Shown piece after piece: positions 18,157-26,492 of a stretch of DNA of 64,000 nt. How positions within the stretch are numbered: position 1 is the stretch's first letter; each line of letters begins with the position of its first letter. The notes under the pieces are model-generated. The model ran no database searches, was not told the DNA's origin, and saw nothing but the letters and a program-made list of their open reading frames with translations. The stretch lies in IMG/VR virus record IMGVR_UViG_3300044618_000713, positions 11,555 to 75,554 of that record; one strand, written 5' to 3'. Made by a program: the position numbers and the translations under genes. This DNA comes from a virus.

Positions 18157-18176
18157 TGTTTCCTCGTTCTTATGGG

Positions 18177-18368
18177 TCAGTCGTCGTTTTTGAGCGGCAG
18201 TACAGAGTACCTTGTTGGCTCGTGGGTAACAAAATCCCACGATATTGTGCGGCTGCTGGCGGGCCAGGCATTCAAGGCCGCCGCAATCGCCCCGCCTACG
18301 TCGCCAATCGCGGCGTACCCACTCGCGGCTTCGATTGCTTCGTCGGGTATCTGGTCACGTTTGATCAC
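18177..18368 (-). CDS. Small QIPDE/NAWP family protein
   Basis: MIKRDQIPDEAIEAA...IAAALNAWP...VLPL. Confidence 0.6.
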   Translation of the reverse strand: MIKRDQIPDEAIEAASGYAAIGDVGGAIAAALNAWPASSRTISWDFVTHEPTRYSVLPLKNDD

Positions 18369-18371
18369 GGG

Positions 18372-18725
18372 TCACCTCAAGGTTCTGAAAGCAATGGCGT
18401 TGTGGACCGTTCGCACGCGGGTCCGCACCCTGTTTCCGTCGTTTCCGCTTTTCACGAGCCAGCCCTTGGCCGTCCTGCCGACGATCACGCCGACGTGATT
18501 GCGCCAGACGACGATGGCGCCGATCCGCGCCCGCGTCGGGCGTCCGACCTTGGCCCAGTTCCGCGCGCGCCACAGATCCTTGCGATGCGGCATTCCGAAA
18601 TAATGCGCCAGATAGCAGCCGCACCAACGTGACGGGCAGCCCCTCGGCTGACCGGGCTCGCGGGCCTCGACGCTGGCGGTAGAGATCAGCAGCGCGGCTA
18701 GCGCAGCGAACAAGACATTCTTCAT
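18372..18725 (-). CDS. Exported CHAP/NlpC-P60-like cysteine hydrolase
   Basis: Signal peptide MKNVLFAALAALLISTASVEA; WCGCY, GAIVVWRNHVGV, SGN. Confidence 0.7.
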   Translation of the reverse strand: MKNVLFAALAALLISTASVEAREPGQPRGCPSRWCGCYLAHYFGMPHRKDLWRARNWAKVGRPTRARIGAIVVWRNHVGVIVGRTAKGWLVKSGNDGNRVRTRVRTVHNAIAFRTLR

Positions 18726-18733
18726 GGTTCACC

Positions 18734-20716
18734 TCACTTGCCGTACCGTTGCATCACCTTGCCGCTGGCACCCAATGGTAGCCCCTCGGCCCACGCGGGA
18801 GGGGTGATCATAACAGCCTGCATCGCGGCTGCCAATTCTTCTGATTTTTCTGTATCAACCTCAGCTACAATTTCGTCGTGGACGTGCAGCACGACCTCGA
18901 CGCCCGCGGCGTCCAGACCGCGCAGCGCCTCGCGCAGGATGTCGTTGGCGGTGGCCTGCACGATGTTCTCGCAGGCGAGCCCGCGCCAGAGCCGCGCCCG
19001 TGGCCACTCCTTGGCGTCTGCCGCAGGCTTCCACGACGCCTTGGCGTAGGACACGCCGTCCTCCTCGAACCGCGCGTAGGGGTAGCACAGCACGCGGCCC
19101 GACGGCAGCGCGTACCAAAGGTGGTCGCCTTGCTTCATGTACTGCACGCGGCCCGCCTTGAACACCTCGCCGGGGTTGCGGATGGCGCGGGTATACGCCT
19201 GCTCCAGATCGGCCCAGAACGGCACGGCCCACGGGTTGGCGCGGCGCCACAGATCGACCGTGCGCCTCGCCTCGCTCTCGGGCATGTGGACGCCGTAGAC
19301 GCGGCCCATGGCACTGAACGCACCCACGCCGCCGCCGAACCCGCAGGCCAGCACGGCCACCTTGCCAAGCTGCCGCTGCTCGTCAGTGACGGCCGTCTCC
19401 TCGACGTTGAACATGCGCGCGGCGACGGCAACGTAGATGTCGCGGCCCTCGCGGAACACGTCCAGCGTCTCCTCGCCGTCCATCGACAGCCACGGCGTGA
19501 CGCGGGCCTCGATCTGGGCATAGTCGAACACGGCGAAGACCTTGCCCTCGGCCGGGATCAACGCCGGACGCAGCATCGACTTCAGCACGTCGGTGACGCG
19601 CTTGCCGAACTCGGGCACGATCTGGTGCCCGCGCACGAGCGCCTGGCGGGCTAGTTCAGGCTCTTTGGCACATTTTCGGGGGAAGTTGTGGACTTGGAGA
19701 CCATAACTTGATGCGCGGCCCGTAGCGCTTCCCCCAGCAAACACAAACGCACCCCGGACGCGACTGTCGAGATCATCTGAGAGCGATGCAGCTCGCTCAA
19801 ACTTCGCCACCGACGATGCCCAGAGATCGTCCGCGCACTGCACCACTTCAGCGACTTCCGCAGGGACTTCATCAGGGTTTTCCTCCGCAAGGGTTAATAC
19901 GCTCGCGCGCACGGTCTTGTCCAAGCATCTGTGCGCCCGGTCATTTTTCATAAGCGTCATAAGTTTTCGGGCTTCAGGACCGACACGATCCCAAACCCAA
20001 TCTTTCATTCGTACGCTGCGCACGCTCACAATTTCGCGCTGCGTTATCTCGCAAACCAGATTTTGTATCTCAATCGTCTCGGCGGCGGCATACTTGACGG
20101 CTGCCTGCGCCAGCGGGCGGTCGAGGCGCACGCCGCGGTCGTTGATGCGCTCGTTGACGTGGTAGTCGAGCAGCTCCTCGTCGGTCAGCCCGCGCATGGC
20201 CTTGGAGAAGGCCCGCATGGCGCGCACGTCCTGCTCGCAGTACTCGATCATCTCCTGCATCAGCCCGGCGTCCTCGCGGAACGTGCCGTTGGCCTGCGGG
20301 ATGGACAGCGCACGCACCAGTGCTGCGCCGCGGTGATCCTTGCGCATCCCTGCGCCCGCGAAGCGGCCCACGTCCTCCAGAGAGCCTGGCGCGCAGTTGG
20401 CGCGGGCCTGCGTCGCGGTGCAGTAGAACTGCGTCAGCGCGGGCTCCGGCACCTTGAAATCAGGGCAGATCACATACCAGAACAACAGCCGCTCGAAGGC
20501 GGCGTTGTGCGCGCGGATCTGTACGCCGGAAAGAATTGCGGCCGAAACTTTCTGTGGAAAGGGTTGCTCAGGCGTCCACGTCTGCACGTCCTCGTCATCG
20601 AAGGCGTAGGACATGCACAGCACCTCGGTGCTGGGGTCCTGCATATAGTTGTAGACGCCACGCACCTTCAGATCGCAGCGGCTGCGGGTCTCGAAGTCAA
20701 GCCAGAGTATTGTCAT
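18734..20716 (-). CDS. polA: Family A DNA polymerase (phage type)
   Basis: Exonuclease LDFETRS and AHNAAFE; motif A DYAQIEAR, motif B RQLGKVAVLACGFG, motif C VHDE. Confidence 0.93.
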   Translation of the reverse strand: MTILWLDFETRSRCDLKVRGVYNYMQDPSTEVLCMSYAFDDEDVQTWTPEQPFPQKVSAAILSGVQIRAHNAAFERLLFWYVICPDFKVPEPALTQFYCTATQARANCAPGSLEDVGRFAGAGMRKDHRGAALVRALSIPQANGTFREDAGLMQEMIEYCEQDVRAMRAFSKAMRGLTDEELLDYHVNERINDRGVRLDRPLAQAAVKYAAAETIEIQNLVCEITQREIVSVRSVRMKDWVWDRVGPEARKLMTLMKNDRAHRCLDKTVRASVLTLAEENPDEVPAEVAEVVQCADDLWASSVAKFERAASLSDDLDSRVRGAFVFAGGSATGRASSYGLQVHNFPRKCAKEPELARQALVRGHQIVPEFGKRVTDVLKSMLRPALIPAEGKVFAVFDYAQIEARVTPWLSMDGEETLDVFREGRDIYVAVAARMFNVEETAVTDEQRQLGKVAVLACGFGGGVGAFSAMGRVYGVHMPESEARRTVDLWRRANPWAVPFWADLEQAYTRAIRNPGEVFKAGRVQYMKQGDHLWYALPSGRVLCYPYARFEEDGVSYAKASWKPAADAKEWPRARLWRGLACENIVQATANDILREALRGLDAAGVEVVLHVHDEIVAEVDTEKSEELAAAMQAVMITPPAWAEGLPLGASGKVMQRYGK

Positions 20717-20763
20717 GAGTGTGGTCGGGGCGCGGCCCCAGCAGAAACCGCGCCCCTCGCCCG

Positions 20764-21402
20764 TTACGCGCTGCGACGGCGGCGGGTGGGGGCATCCACC
20801 GGCGCTTCGCTTGCGGGCGTCTCTTCCGTCTGGCCATCAAGGCTCAGCCAATTCACGACCTCGAACACGGGCGTGAAGATGCGCCCGTAGGACTTGTGAG
20901 TGTAGTGGTCCTTCTTCAGCCTCACCGCGGGCACCGGCTTGGCCTGATCGGCCTCGACCTGCGCCGCAATGTCAAGGGCCAGCTTCTGCACGGCACGCTT
21001 GCCGCCGACGCTGGTGACGCTGTAGCGCACCTCAAGTCCCTCGTCCTCACCGGACATGCACTTGAGGCTCATGCCGACCTGAAGCTCCCAGCCGCGCTTG
21101 GCCTGCGGCGGCGCGGGGTCCAGTTCGGGCAGCGGCTCGTTGACCGGCACCATCTTCTCGGCCAGCACCTCGCCATCGCCCCAGGCGATGTAGCCGTGCA
21201 CGAACGAGAACGGGTTGACGGCCCAGGTGCTGCCGTCCTCCACCTCGGTCTGGTCAGCGCCGAACACCCAGTGTCCGGTCTTGTCCATCTTGAGGATCGC
21301 CACACCATCGGCACCACCGACGCTCGCATCAAGCGAGCGCAGTGCCTGCGACAGGTTCTGGACGGAGGGAAGGTTGGCCTTCGCAAAGGTAATCGCGTTC
21401 AT
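20764..21402 (-). CDS. Putative ssDNA-binding protein
   Basis: Sits between the Cas4-like gene and polA; beta-rich; YTHKSYGRIFTP. Confidence 0.55.
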   Translation of the reverse strand: MNAITFAKANLPSVQNLSQALRSLDASVGGADGVAILKMDKTGHWVFGADQTEVEDGSTWAVNPFSFVHGYIAWGDGEVLAEKMVPVNEPLPELDPAPPQAKRGWELQVGMSLKCMSGEDEGLEVRYSVTSVGGKRAVQKLALDIAAQVEADQAKPVPAVRLKKDHYTHKSYGRIFTPVFEVVNWLSLDGQTEETPASEAPVDAPTRRRRSA

Positions 21403-21415
21403 CTTATTGTCCTTT

Positions 21416-22540
21416 CTAGACAAGTTTACCAAGGGCAGCAGCAAGATGCTTGCCGACCTGCAACGACGCCGGGCGCGGATCATCCGCGGGTGCCAGCGTG
21501 TCACCCGATGAGACGGCGGTGATGAGCCCTTCCGGCATGGCGAGCTTGTGCTTCTTCAGCACCTTCTCGACCTGCGCCGGGCTCTTCAGCTCCGTCAATT
21601 CCTCAGCACTACAGCCTGCTTCGGCAAGGGCTGTCAATGCCGTCTGTTCGTTCACCCACTGGCGCATCGCCCGCTTGGGCACCAACTTCCAGCCGGGCAG
21701 CTCGACGCCCGCCTCCAGCAGTTCGACGGCCATCTCGCGGGCGTCCCTGATCCAGCCCTCCAGCAGGTCGATGCTGGCCAAGGCTTCCGAAAGCCGGAAG
21801 ATGTTGACCGCCTTGATGTTCTCGCGCTTGGCGCGCTCGACGGCGCCGTTCACCAGCGGGCAGATCGACTTGGCAGCGCACCAGCGGCAGTGGTCGCCGG
21901 TCGCCAGCGGTGCGTCCGGCCGCTGCGCGGTCTTGACGGCCATGATCAGCTCGGCCTCGAAGCGGCGCACCCGGTCGAGGTCCGTCACCCAGCGCCGCAC
22001 ATGCGGCGGCTGCACGATGATCACCTCGACCGTCTCGACGCCCTCGAAGGCCCAGCGTGTCGCCTCGGTGCGAAGTGCGGCAGCCGTGTAGAAGAGCGCC
22101 TGCGGGTTCTCTTCAGCCTCGACAGGCACGCCATCGCCAAACTTCCAGTCCAGCAGGATACCGCGATTGCCAATCCGGCCAACAAGATCGGCGGAACCAA
22201 AAACACCAGGGAGAGCGTCACCAAAGCCCACCACCTGCTCGACCGCGTATTCCATCTGTCCATCGGGGTCGATATCATTCAGCGCCTCCCATGCGGGCAG
22301 CAGCTTGCGCTCCAGCCGGTCCTCCGTCAACTCGATGCCGTTGTGCATCGTGCCGAGGAAGTCGCGCGGGTCCTTATGCGTATCCAGAATGGTGGCGATG
22401 ACGTTGTGCAGCAGCGTGCCCTCGTCGGCGTAGCTGCTGGACGGCTTGGGCGGCACCTGCTGCACAAGCGCGACGCTGCCGGGGCACGCGATGACGCGCT
22501 TGGCGGTCGAGCCGCCGACAATGTTAGAGTGTTGGGCCAT
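21416..22540 (-). CDS. Cas4-like PD-(D/E)XK nuclease (DUF2800-like)
   Basis: CPGS, EGT.LH, FGSAD, DWKFG, Q..FY, GDHCRWC.AK..CP. Confidence 0.85.
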   Translation of the reverse strand: MAQHSNIVGGSTAKRVIACPGSVALVQQVPPKPSSSYADEGTLLHNVIATILDTHKDPRDFLGTMHNGIELTEDRLERKLLPAWEALNDIDPDGQMEYAVEQVVGFGDALPGVFGSADLVGRIGNRGILLDWKFGDGVPVEAEENPQALFYTAAALRTEATRWAFEGVETVEVIIVQPPHVRRWVTDLDRVRRFEAELIMAVKTAQRPDAPLATGDHCRWCAAKSICPLVNGAVERAKRENIKAVNIFRLSEALASIDLLEGWIRDAREMAVELLEAGVELPGWKLVPKRAMRQWVNEQTALTALAEAGCSAEELTELKSPAQVEKVLKKHKLAMPEGLITAVSSGDTLAPADDPRPASLQVGKHLAAALGKLV

Positions 22541-22618
22541 ACTGTATTCTCCTGTTGTTTCGTCAGTCGTTACAGATTTCTTGTTGACCTGTCAAGCATT
22601 GTTTGTTAGAGGCTGGTC

Positions 22619-22933
22619 ATGGTACGCGAAAGTGAAATCGAGAAGTACTTCGTTTGGACGGTGCAGCGCATGGGCGGGACGGCCTACAAGTTCAAGTCGC
22701 CCAACCACCGCGGCGTGGCCGACCGCATCGCCTGTCTGCCGGACGGCTCGACGTGGTTTGTCGAGTTGAAGGCACCCGGCGGACGGCCATCCCCGCTCCA
22801 GAAACTCTTCGCGGCCCGCATGAAGGAACTCAGGCAGAACTACACGATACTATGGTCAAAGACGGAGATAGACGAATGGCGGCATACTATAACGAGTTCG
22901 ACCCCTACGCAGCCCAATGGCTGCGCAACCTGA
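22619..22933 (+). CDS. VRR-NUC nuclease
   Basis: ESEIEK, GVADRI, FVELKAPGG, PLQ. Confidence 0.85.
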   Translation: MVRESEIEKYFVWTVQRMGGTAYKFKSPNHRGVADRIACLPDGSTWFVELKAPGGRPSPLQKLFAARMKELRQNYTILWSKTEIDEWRHTITSSTPTQPNGCAT

Positions 22934-24054
22934 TCGACAGTAAACTGATAGCGGAAGGTGATGTAGATGACAGATCAATTCGGGGCGTGGCTCCGGGCGA
23001 CCTCAAGGGTTACACGCAGTGCCACTTCTTCGCCGGTGTCGGCGTCTGGTCCTACGCCCTCCGTCTCGCAAGATGGCCCGACGACCGGCCCGTCTGGACC
23101 GGCTCCTGCCCTTGCCAGCCATTCAGCGCCGCCGGAAAGGGAGCAGGATTTGCCGACGAGCGTCACCTCTGGCCGGAGTTTCATCGGCTCATCAGCGAGT
23201 GCCGCCCTCCAGTTGTCTTTGGAGAGCAGGTTGCGAGCAAGGACGGCCTCGGCTGGCTCGACACTGTACAGTCTGACATGGAAGCATCGGGCTACGCCAT
23301 TGGGGCGGCAGATCTGTGCGCTGCGGGCATCGGCGCCCCGCACATCCGCCAGCGCCTCTGGTTTGTCGGAGAAAGGTTGGACGACACCGCAGGCGCACGA
23401 CACCTCGGGGCGCTCGCTCGGGCAGAAGGAGAAGCACGGGACGAAGCACGGCTGCGCCTGTCTGGTGAGGGACGCAGATCTGGCGGGCTGGCCAACGCCG
23501 CGCTCGACGGACGGCGACAAGGGATCGAGGACGGCGGAAGGCTGCGAAGCGGAGATCGCGCGGAAGGGTCGGCTGGACGACCTGCCATCGACGGCGGTTT
23601 ATCTGGCGGGCTGGCCGACACCATTGGCGGCGGACAGCCGGGGCCGGGCGGGGGCGGCGGCGCACAAGGACAGCGAACTTCCGAACGCGGTTTGCAAAGT
23701 GGATTGGTCGGGCTGGAACACGCCAGCAGCCTCGGACGGGAACGGGGGCAAGCGCCCGCACCCGGACACGACGATGACGGGCCAGCACCCGGAGGGCAGG
23801 AAGGTGAACATGGGGCTGGCCTCACAAGTTCACATCGGCTTCCTCAAGACGGAGCCCGCCCGACTAACGGCCACTGGCGAGATGCTGACTGGCTCCACTG
23901 CCGGGATGGCCGCTGGCGGCCAGTTGAACCCGGCACATTCCCGTTGGCTCATGGGGCTCCCGCCCGAGTGGGACGCCTGCGCGCCTACGGCAATGCCATC
24001 GTCCCGCAAGCAGCGGCAGAAGTGATAGGAGCCTACCTTGACGCTCGCCCTTAG
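22876..24054 (+). CDS. C5 cytosine DNA methyltransferase, alpha polypeptide
   Basis: Motifs I FFAGVG, IV GSCPCQPFS, VI GEQV, VIII HIRQRLW, X YGNAIV; motif IX absent. Confidence 0.88.
   Translation: MAAYYNEFDPYAAQWLRNLIDSKLIAEGDVDDRSIRGVAPGDLKGYTQCHFFAGVGVWSYALRLARWPDDRPVWTGSCPCQPFSAAGKGAGFADERHLWPEFHRLISECRPPVVFGEQVASKDGLGWLDTVQSDMEASGYAIGAADLCAAGIGAPHIRQRLWFVGERLDDTAGARHLGALARAEGEARDEARLRLSGEGRRSGGLANAALDGRRQGIEDGGRLRSGDRAEGSAGRPAIDGGLSGGLADTIGGGQPGPGGGGGAQGQRTSERGLQSGLVGLEHASSLGRERGQAPAPGHDDDGPAPGGQEGEHGAGLTSSHRLPQDGARPTNGHWRDADWLHCRDGRWRPVEPGTFPLAHGAPARVGRLRAYGNAIVPQAAAEVIGAYLDARP
22967..24025 (+). CDS. Overprinted MTase beta polypeptide (+1 frame; exact start uncertain)
   Basis: Four GWxTPxxxD repeats and motif-IX-like GQLNPAHSRWLMGLPPEW; frame open for 352 codons. 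Confidence 0.72.
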   Translation: MTDQFGAWLRATSRVTRSATSSPVSASGPTPSVSQDGPTTGPSGPAPALASHSAPPEREQDLPTSVTSGRSFIGSSASAALQLSLESRLRARTASAGSTLYSLTWKHRATPLGRQICALRASAPRTSASASGLSEKGWTTPQAHDTSGRSLGQKEKHGTKHGCACLVRDADLAGWPTPRSTDGDKGSRTAEGCEAEIARKGRLDDLPSTAVYLAGWPTPLAADSRGRAGAAAHKDSELPNAVCKVDWSGWNTPAASDGNGGKRPHPDTTMTGQHPEGRKVNMGLASQVHIGFLKTEPARLTATGEMLTGSTAGMAAGGQLNPAHSRWLMGLPPEWDACAPTAMPSSRKQRQK

Positions 24055-25366
24055 ACCCTACCAGAACGACGCGGTGACGTTCCTCTACGAGCGTGACCGC
24101 GCCATGATCCTGGCCCCGGTGGGCGCGGGCAAGACCGCCATCACGCTCACCGCCATGCAAGAGTTCATGGTCAACGGCGTGGTCAAGCGGTGGCTGGTCG
24201 TCGCCCCCAAGCGGGTCTGCACCGACGTGTGGCCGGTCGAGGCCCCCAAGTGGGCGCCGGACCTGACCATCGCCGTGGCGGTCGGTAACGCCGCCAAGCG
24301 CCGCGCCGCCTTCGCCTCAGACGCCGCGGTGGTCGTGGTCAACTACGACGTTCTCGACGTCGTGGGCGAGGACTTCGCGCGGTTTGACGGCATCGTGTTC
24401 GACGAACTGACCCGGCTCAAGAACCCGTCCGGCAAGCGGTTCAAGGCACTGCACAAGCACCTAGGGCGCTTCAACGTGCGGATCGGCCTCACCGGATCGT
24501 TCACGTCAAACGGGCTGGAGGATGTGTTCGGACAGTGCTTCGTGATCGACCCGACGCTGCTGGGCCGCACCAAGGGGGCGTTCCTGCAGCAGTACTTCGT
24601 CTGCATCAACCGCGACTTTGGCGAGTGGATGCCACGGCGCGGTGCGCTGGAGCAGGTGATGACCCGCATCCGCCCGGCGACGTTCGTGCTGGAGCCCGGC
24701 GTCTACAAGGACAAGCTGCCGCCGTGCCATGTGGTCGAGATGCGCTGCGACATGCCCGACCGCGAGCCATACGAGAAGATGAAACGCGACTTCATGGTTA
24801 AGATGCAGGGCAAGGACATCACCGCCATGTCGGCGGCTGCGGTCACGACCAAGCTTCAGCAGATGGCCAGCGGTTGGGTCTACCATACGGTGGACTGGAA
24901 CGGGCCGTACCGTCTGCCGGTCTGGTTCTCGACGCACCGCTTCGACCTGCTGGACGAGGTGCTGGAGGGCAACCAGCGGGCCAACACGCTGATCGTCTAC
25001 AACTTCATCGAGGAGTTGGCGGAACTGAAGCGCCGCTATCCTGGGCGGCTGTGGACGCTGGACGACGGTGCCGACGTGATCGAGCGCTGGAACGCGGGCA
25101 AGATTCCGCTGCTGGCGGTCCACCCCAAGTCGGCAGGCCACGGCCTCAACCTGCAACACGGCGGCCATCACCTGGTGTTCCTGTCGCTGCCGTGGTCGCT
25201 GGAACTCTACGAGCAGGTCGTCGGCCGTCTGCACCGCAGCGGGCAGGAGCGCGACGTGTGGGTCTACGTCCTGCTGACGAACAAGACTATCGACGAGCGC
25301 ATCTGGGCGGCCCTTGCCGACAAGCGCGCCATATCGGACATCGCACTGGAGGAGTTGAAGGGATGA
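24038..25366 (+). CDS. SNF2-type helicase
   Basis: LRPYQ, GAGKT, FDEL, LTGS, GHGLNLQ, Q..GRLHRSGQ. Confidence 0.9.
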   Translation: MTLALRPYQNDAVTFLYERDRAMILAPVGAGKTAITLTAMQEFMVNGVVKRWLVVAPKRVCTDVWPVEAPKWAPDLTIAVAVGNAAKRRAAFASDAAVVVVNYDVLDVVGEDFARFDGIVFDELTRLKNPSGKRFKALHKHLGRFNVRIGLTGSFTSNGLEDVFGQCFVIDPTLLGRTKGAFLQQYFVCINRDFGEWMPRRGALEQVMTRIRPATFVLEPGVYKDKLPPCHVVEMRCDMPDREPYEKMKRDFMVKMQGKDITAMSAAAVTTKLQQMASGWVYHTVDWNGPYRLPVWFSTHRFDLLDEVLEGNQRANTLIVYNFIEELAELKRRYPGRLWTLDDGADVIERWNAGKIPLLAVHPKSAGHGLNLQHGGHHLVFLSLPWSLELYEQVVGRLHRSGQERDVWVYVLLTNKTIDERIWAALADKRAISDIALEELKG

Positions 25367-25563
25367 GTTGGAATTGGCACGATTTGAACGTGGTTCTGGC
25401 GATGCGTGACGAGCACCAGGTCAAGGCCATGCTGGACGAGGAGGTCGAGGTCCACAAGCGCCCGACCTACGCGGTGCGCATCCATCAGCGCTACACGACG
25501 CTGCGCGCGGTGCGCGAACGCAAGGAAATTCTCGCCGCACTCTCAGGAGACAAGCATGAGTGA
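25363..25563 (+). CDS. Hypothetical protein
   Basis: ATGA overlap with the helicase; RIHQRYTTLR.RER. Confidence 0.6.
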   Translation: MSWNWHDLNVVLAMRDEHQVKAMLDEEVEVHKRPTYAVRIHQRYTTLRAVRERKEILAALSGDKHE

Positions 25564-25816
25564 TATTGTAGAACGTCTGCTCCTACTTGCAGCCGTAGAT
25601 AATTGCCAAGCATCTATTGAAGCCGCCGACACCATCACCCACCTCACCGCAGAGAACGAGAGGCTGCGGGCGGCGCTGCGTGAGTGTGAGGCGGAGCTAA
25701 ACGCCTACTACCGGATGGAATATCCGAGCGACCACCCATACAGCCAGAAGGAACTGGCGCAAGCTATGGCGTCTAATCCTGCCACCGTTGCACTGAAGGA
25801 GACAAACAATGATTGA
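25556..25816 (+). CDS. MSDIVERL family small coiled-coil protein
   Basis: Paralog of 62749-63126. Confidence 0.65.
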   Translation: MSDIVERLLLLAAVDNCQASIEAADTITHLTAENERLRAALRECEAELNAYYRMEYPSDHPYSQKELAQAMASNPATVALKETNND

Positions 25817-26036
25817 GCTTGAACAGATACCGGAGGAAGTCCTCCGCGCGTTGTGTGCCAGCATGGGCTGCGAGTGGGCCATGCAAGACAAAGAGGACCA
25901 GATAATCATTCGCCGTCACATCACCGCCGCTATCAATGCGTGGCCTAATATAGATAAGATTTATAGGTCTGAGGACGAGAAACTATTCACCATCATCCTC
26001 CCCCTGACACAGGAGAACAACAATGATCAAGGCTGA
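25809..26036 (+). CDS. QIPDE/NAWP family protein
   Basis: MIELEQIPEEV...AAINAWP...ILPLTQE. Confidence 0.65.
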   Translation: MIELEQIPEEVLRALCASMGCEWAMQDKEDQIIIRRHITAAINAWPNIDKIYRSEDEKLFTIILPLTQENNNDQG

Positions 26037-26232
26037 ACAGATACCGGATGAGGTGGTGGAGGCGGCTTTATGGGCTTACAACTACGCATTCAGAAATTGT
26101 TACACGACAGAAGAACAGGACATTGCTATCGCCATCGCCGCCGCTATCAATGCGTGGCCGGGGATAGAAATCCACACTGACGGCACTGATGACTGGGTTG
26201 AACTTACCCTGCCGCAGGAGCCACGCACATGA
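26023..26232 (+). CDS. QIPDE/NAWP family protein
   Basis: Near-identical to 63454-63660. Confidence 0.7.
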   Translation: MIKAEQIPDEVVEAALWAYNYAFRNCYTTEEQDIAIAIAAAINAWPGIEIHTDGTDDWVELTLPQEPRT

Positions 26233-26492
26233 CCACCACACCAGAGCAGATAGAGGCTGCGCTTGCTGCGTTCGCGCTCGCATCTGGCCTTGGCATTTTC
26301 CCCAACGACGAAAAGGACGAGGAGTGGCGTGAGGACTTAGTTAACGGTATGCGCGCCGCCATCGACACCATGCGCCCCGTCATCCGTGCCGAGGCGCTGG
26401 AGGAAGCGGAGGATGTCGTTGGAGAAGTTGGTGATTGCGCGGAAGTTGGCGCTTATATAGCCGTTATCAGAGCGTTGAAGGAAAAGCCATGA
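26229..26492 (+). CDS. Hypothetical protein
   Basis: Coupled ORF; RAEALEEA motif. Confidence 0.55.
   Translation: MTTTPEQIEAALAAFALASGLGIFPNDEKDEEWREDLVNGMRAAIDTMRPVIRAEALEEAEDVVGEVGDCAEVGAYIAVIRALKEKP

Larger units (their letters stand above)
1..26488. mobile_element. Phage A (partial): P22-like head/podophage-type genome with polA replication module
   Basis: P22-type coat, scaffold, portal and terL, plus polA, primase and SNF2 genes; high GC3; ends at the repeat shared with phage B. Confidence 0.85.

Noticed and set aside
21416-22540. Cas4-like genes (also 58108-59037) as a CRISPR-Cas system
   Set aside because: No array or other cas genes; these are standard phage replication-module nucleases
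22654-22875. N-terminal extension of the MTase in the ORF track
   Set aside because: It overlaps the VRR-NUC gene; the ATG at 22876 has a GGAG upstream and begins the recognisable MAAYYNE family start
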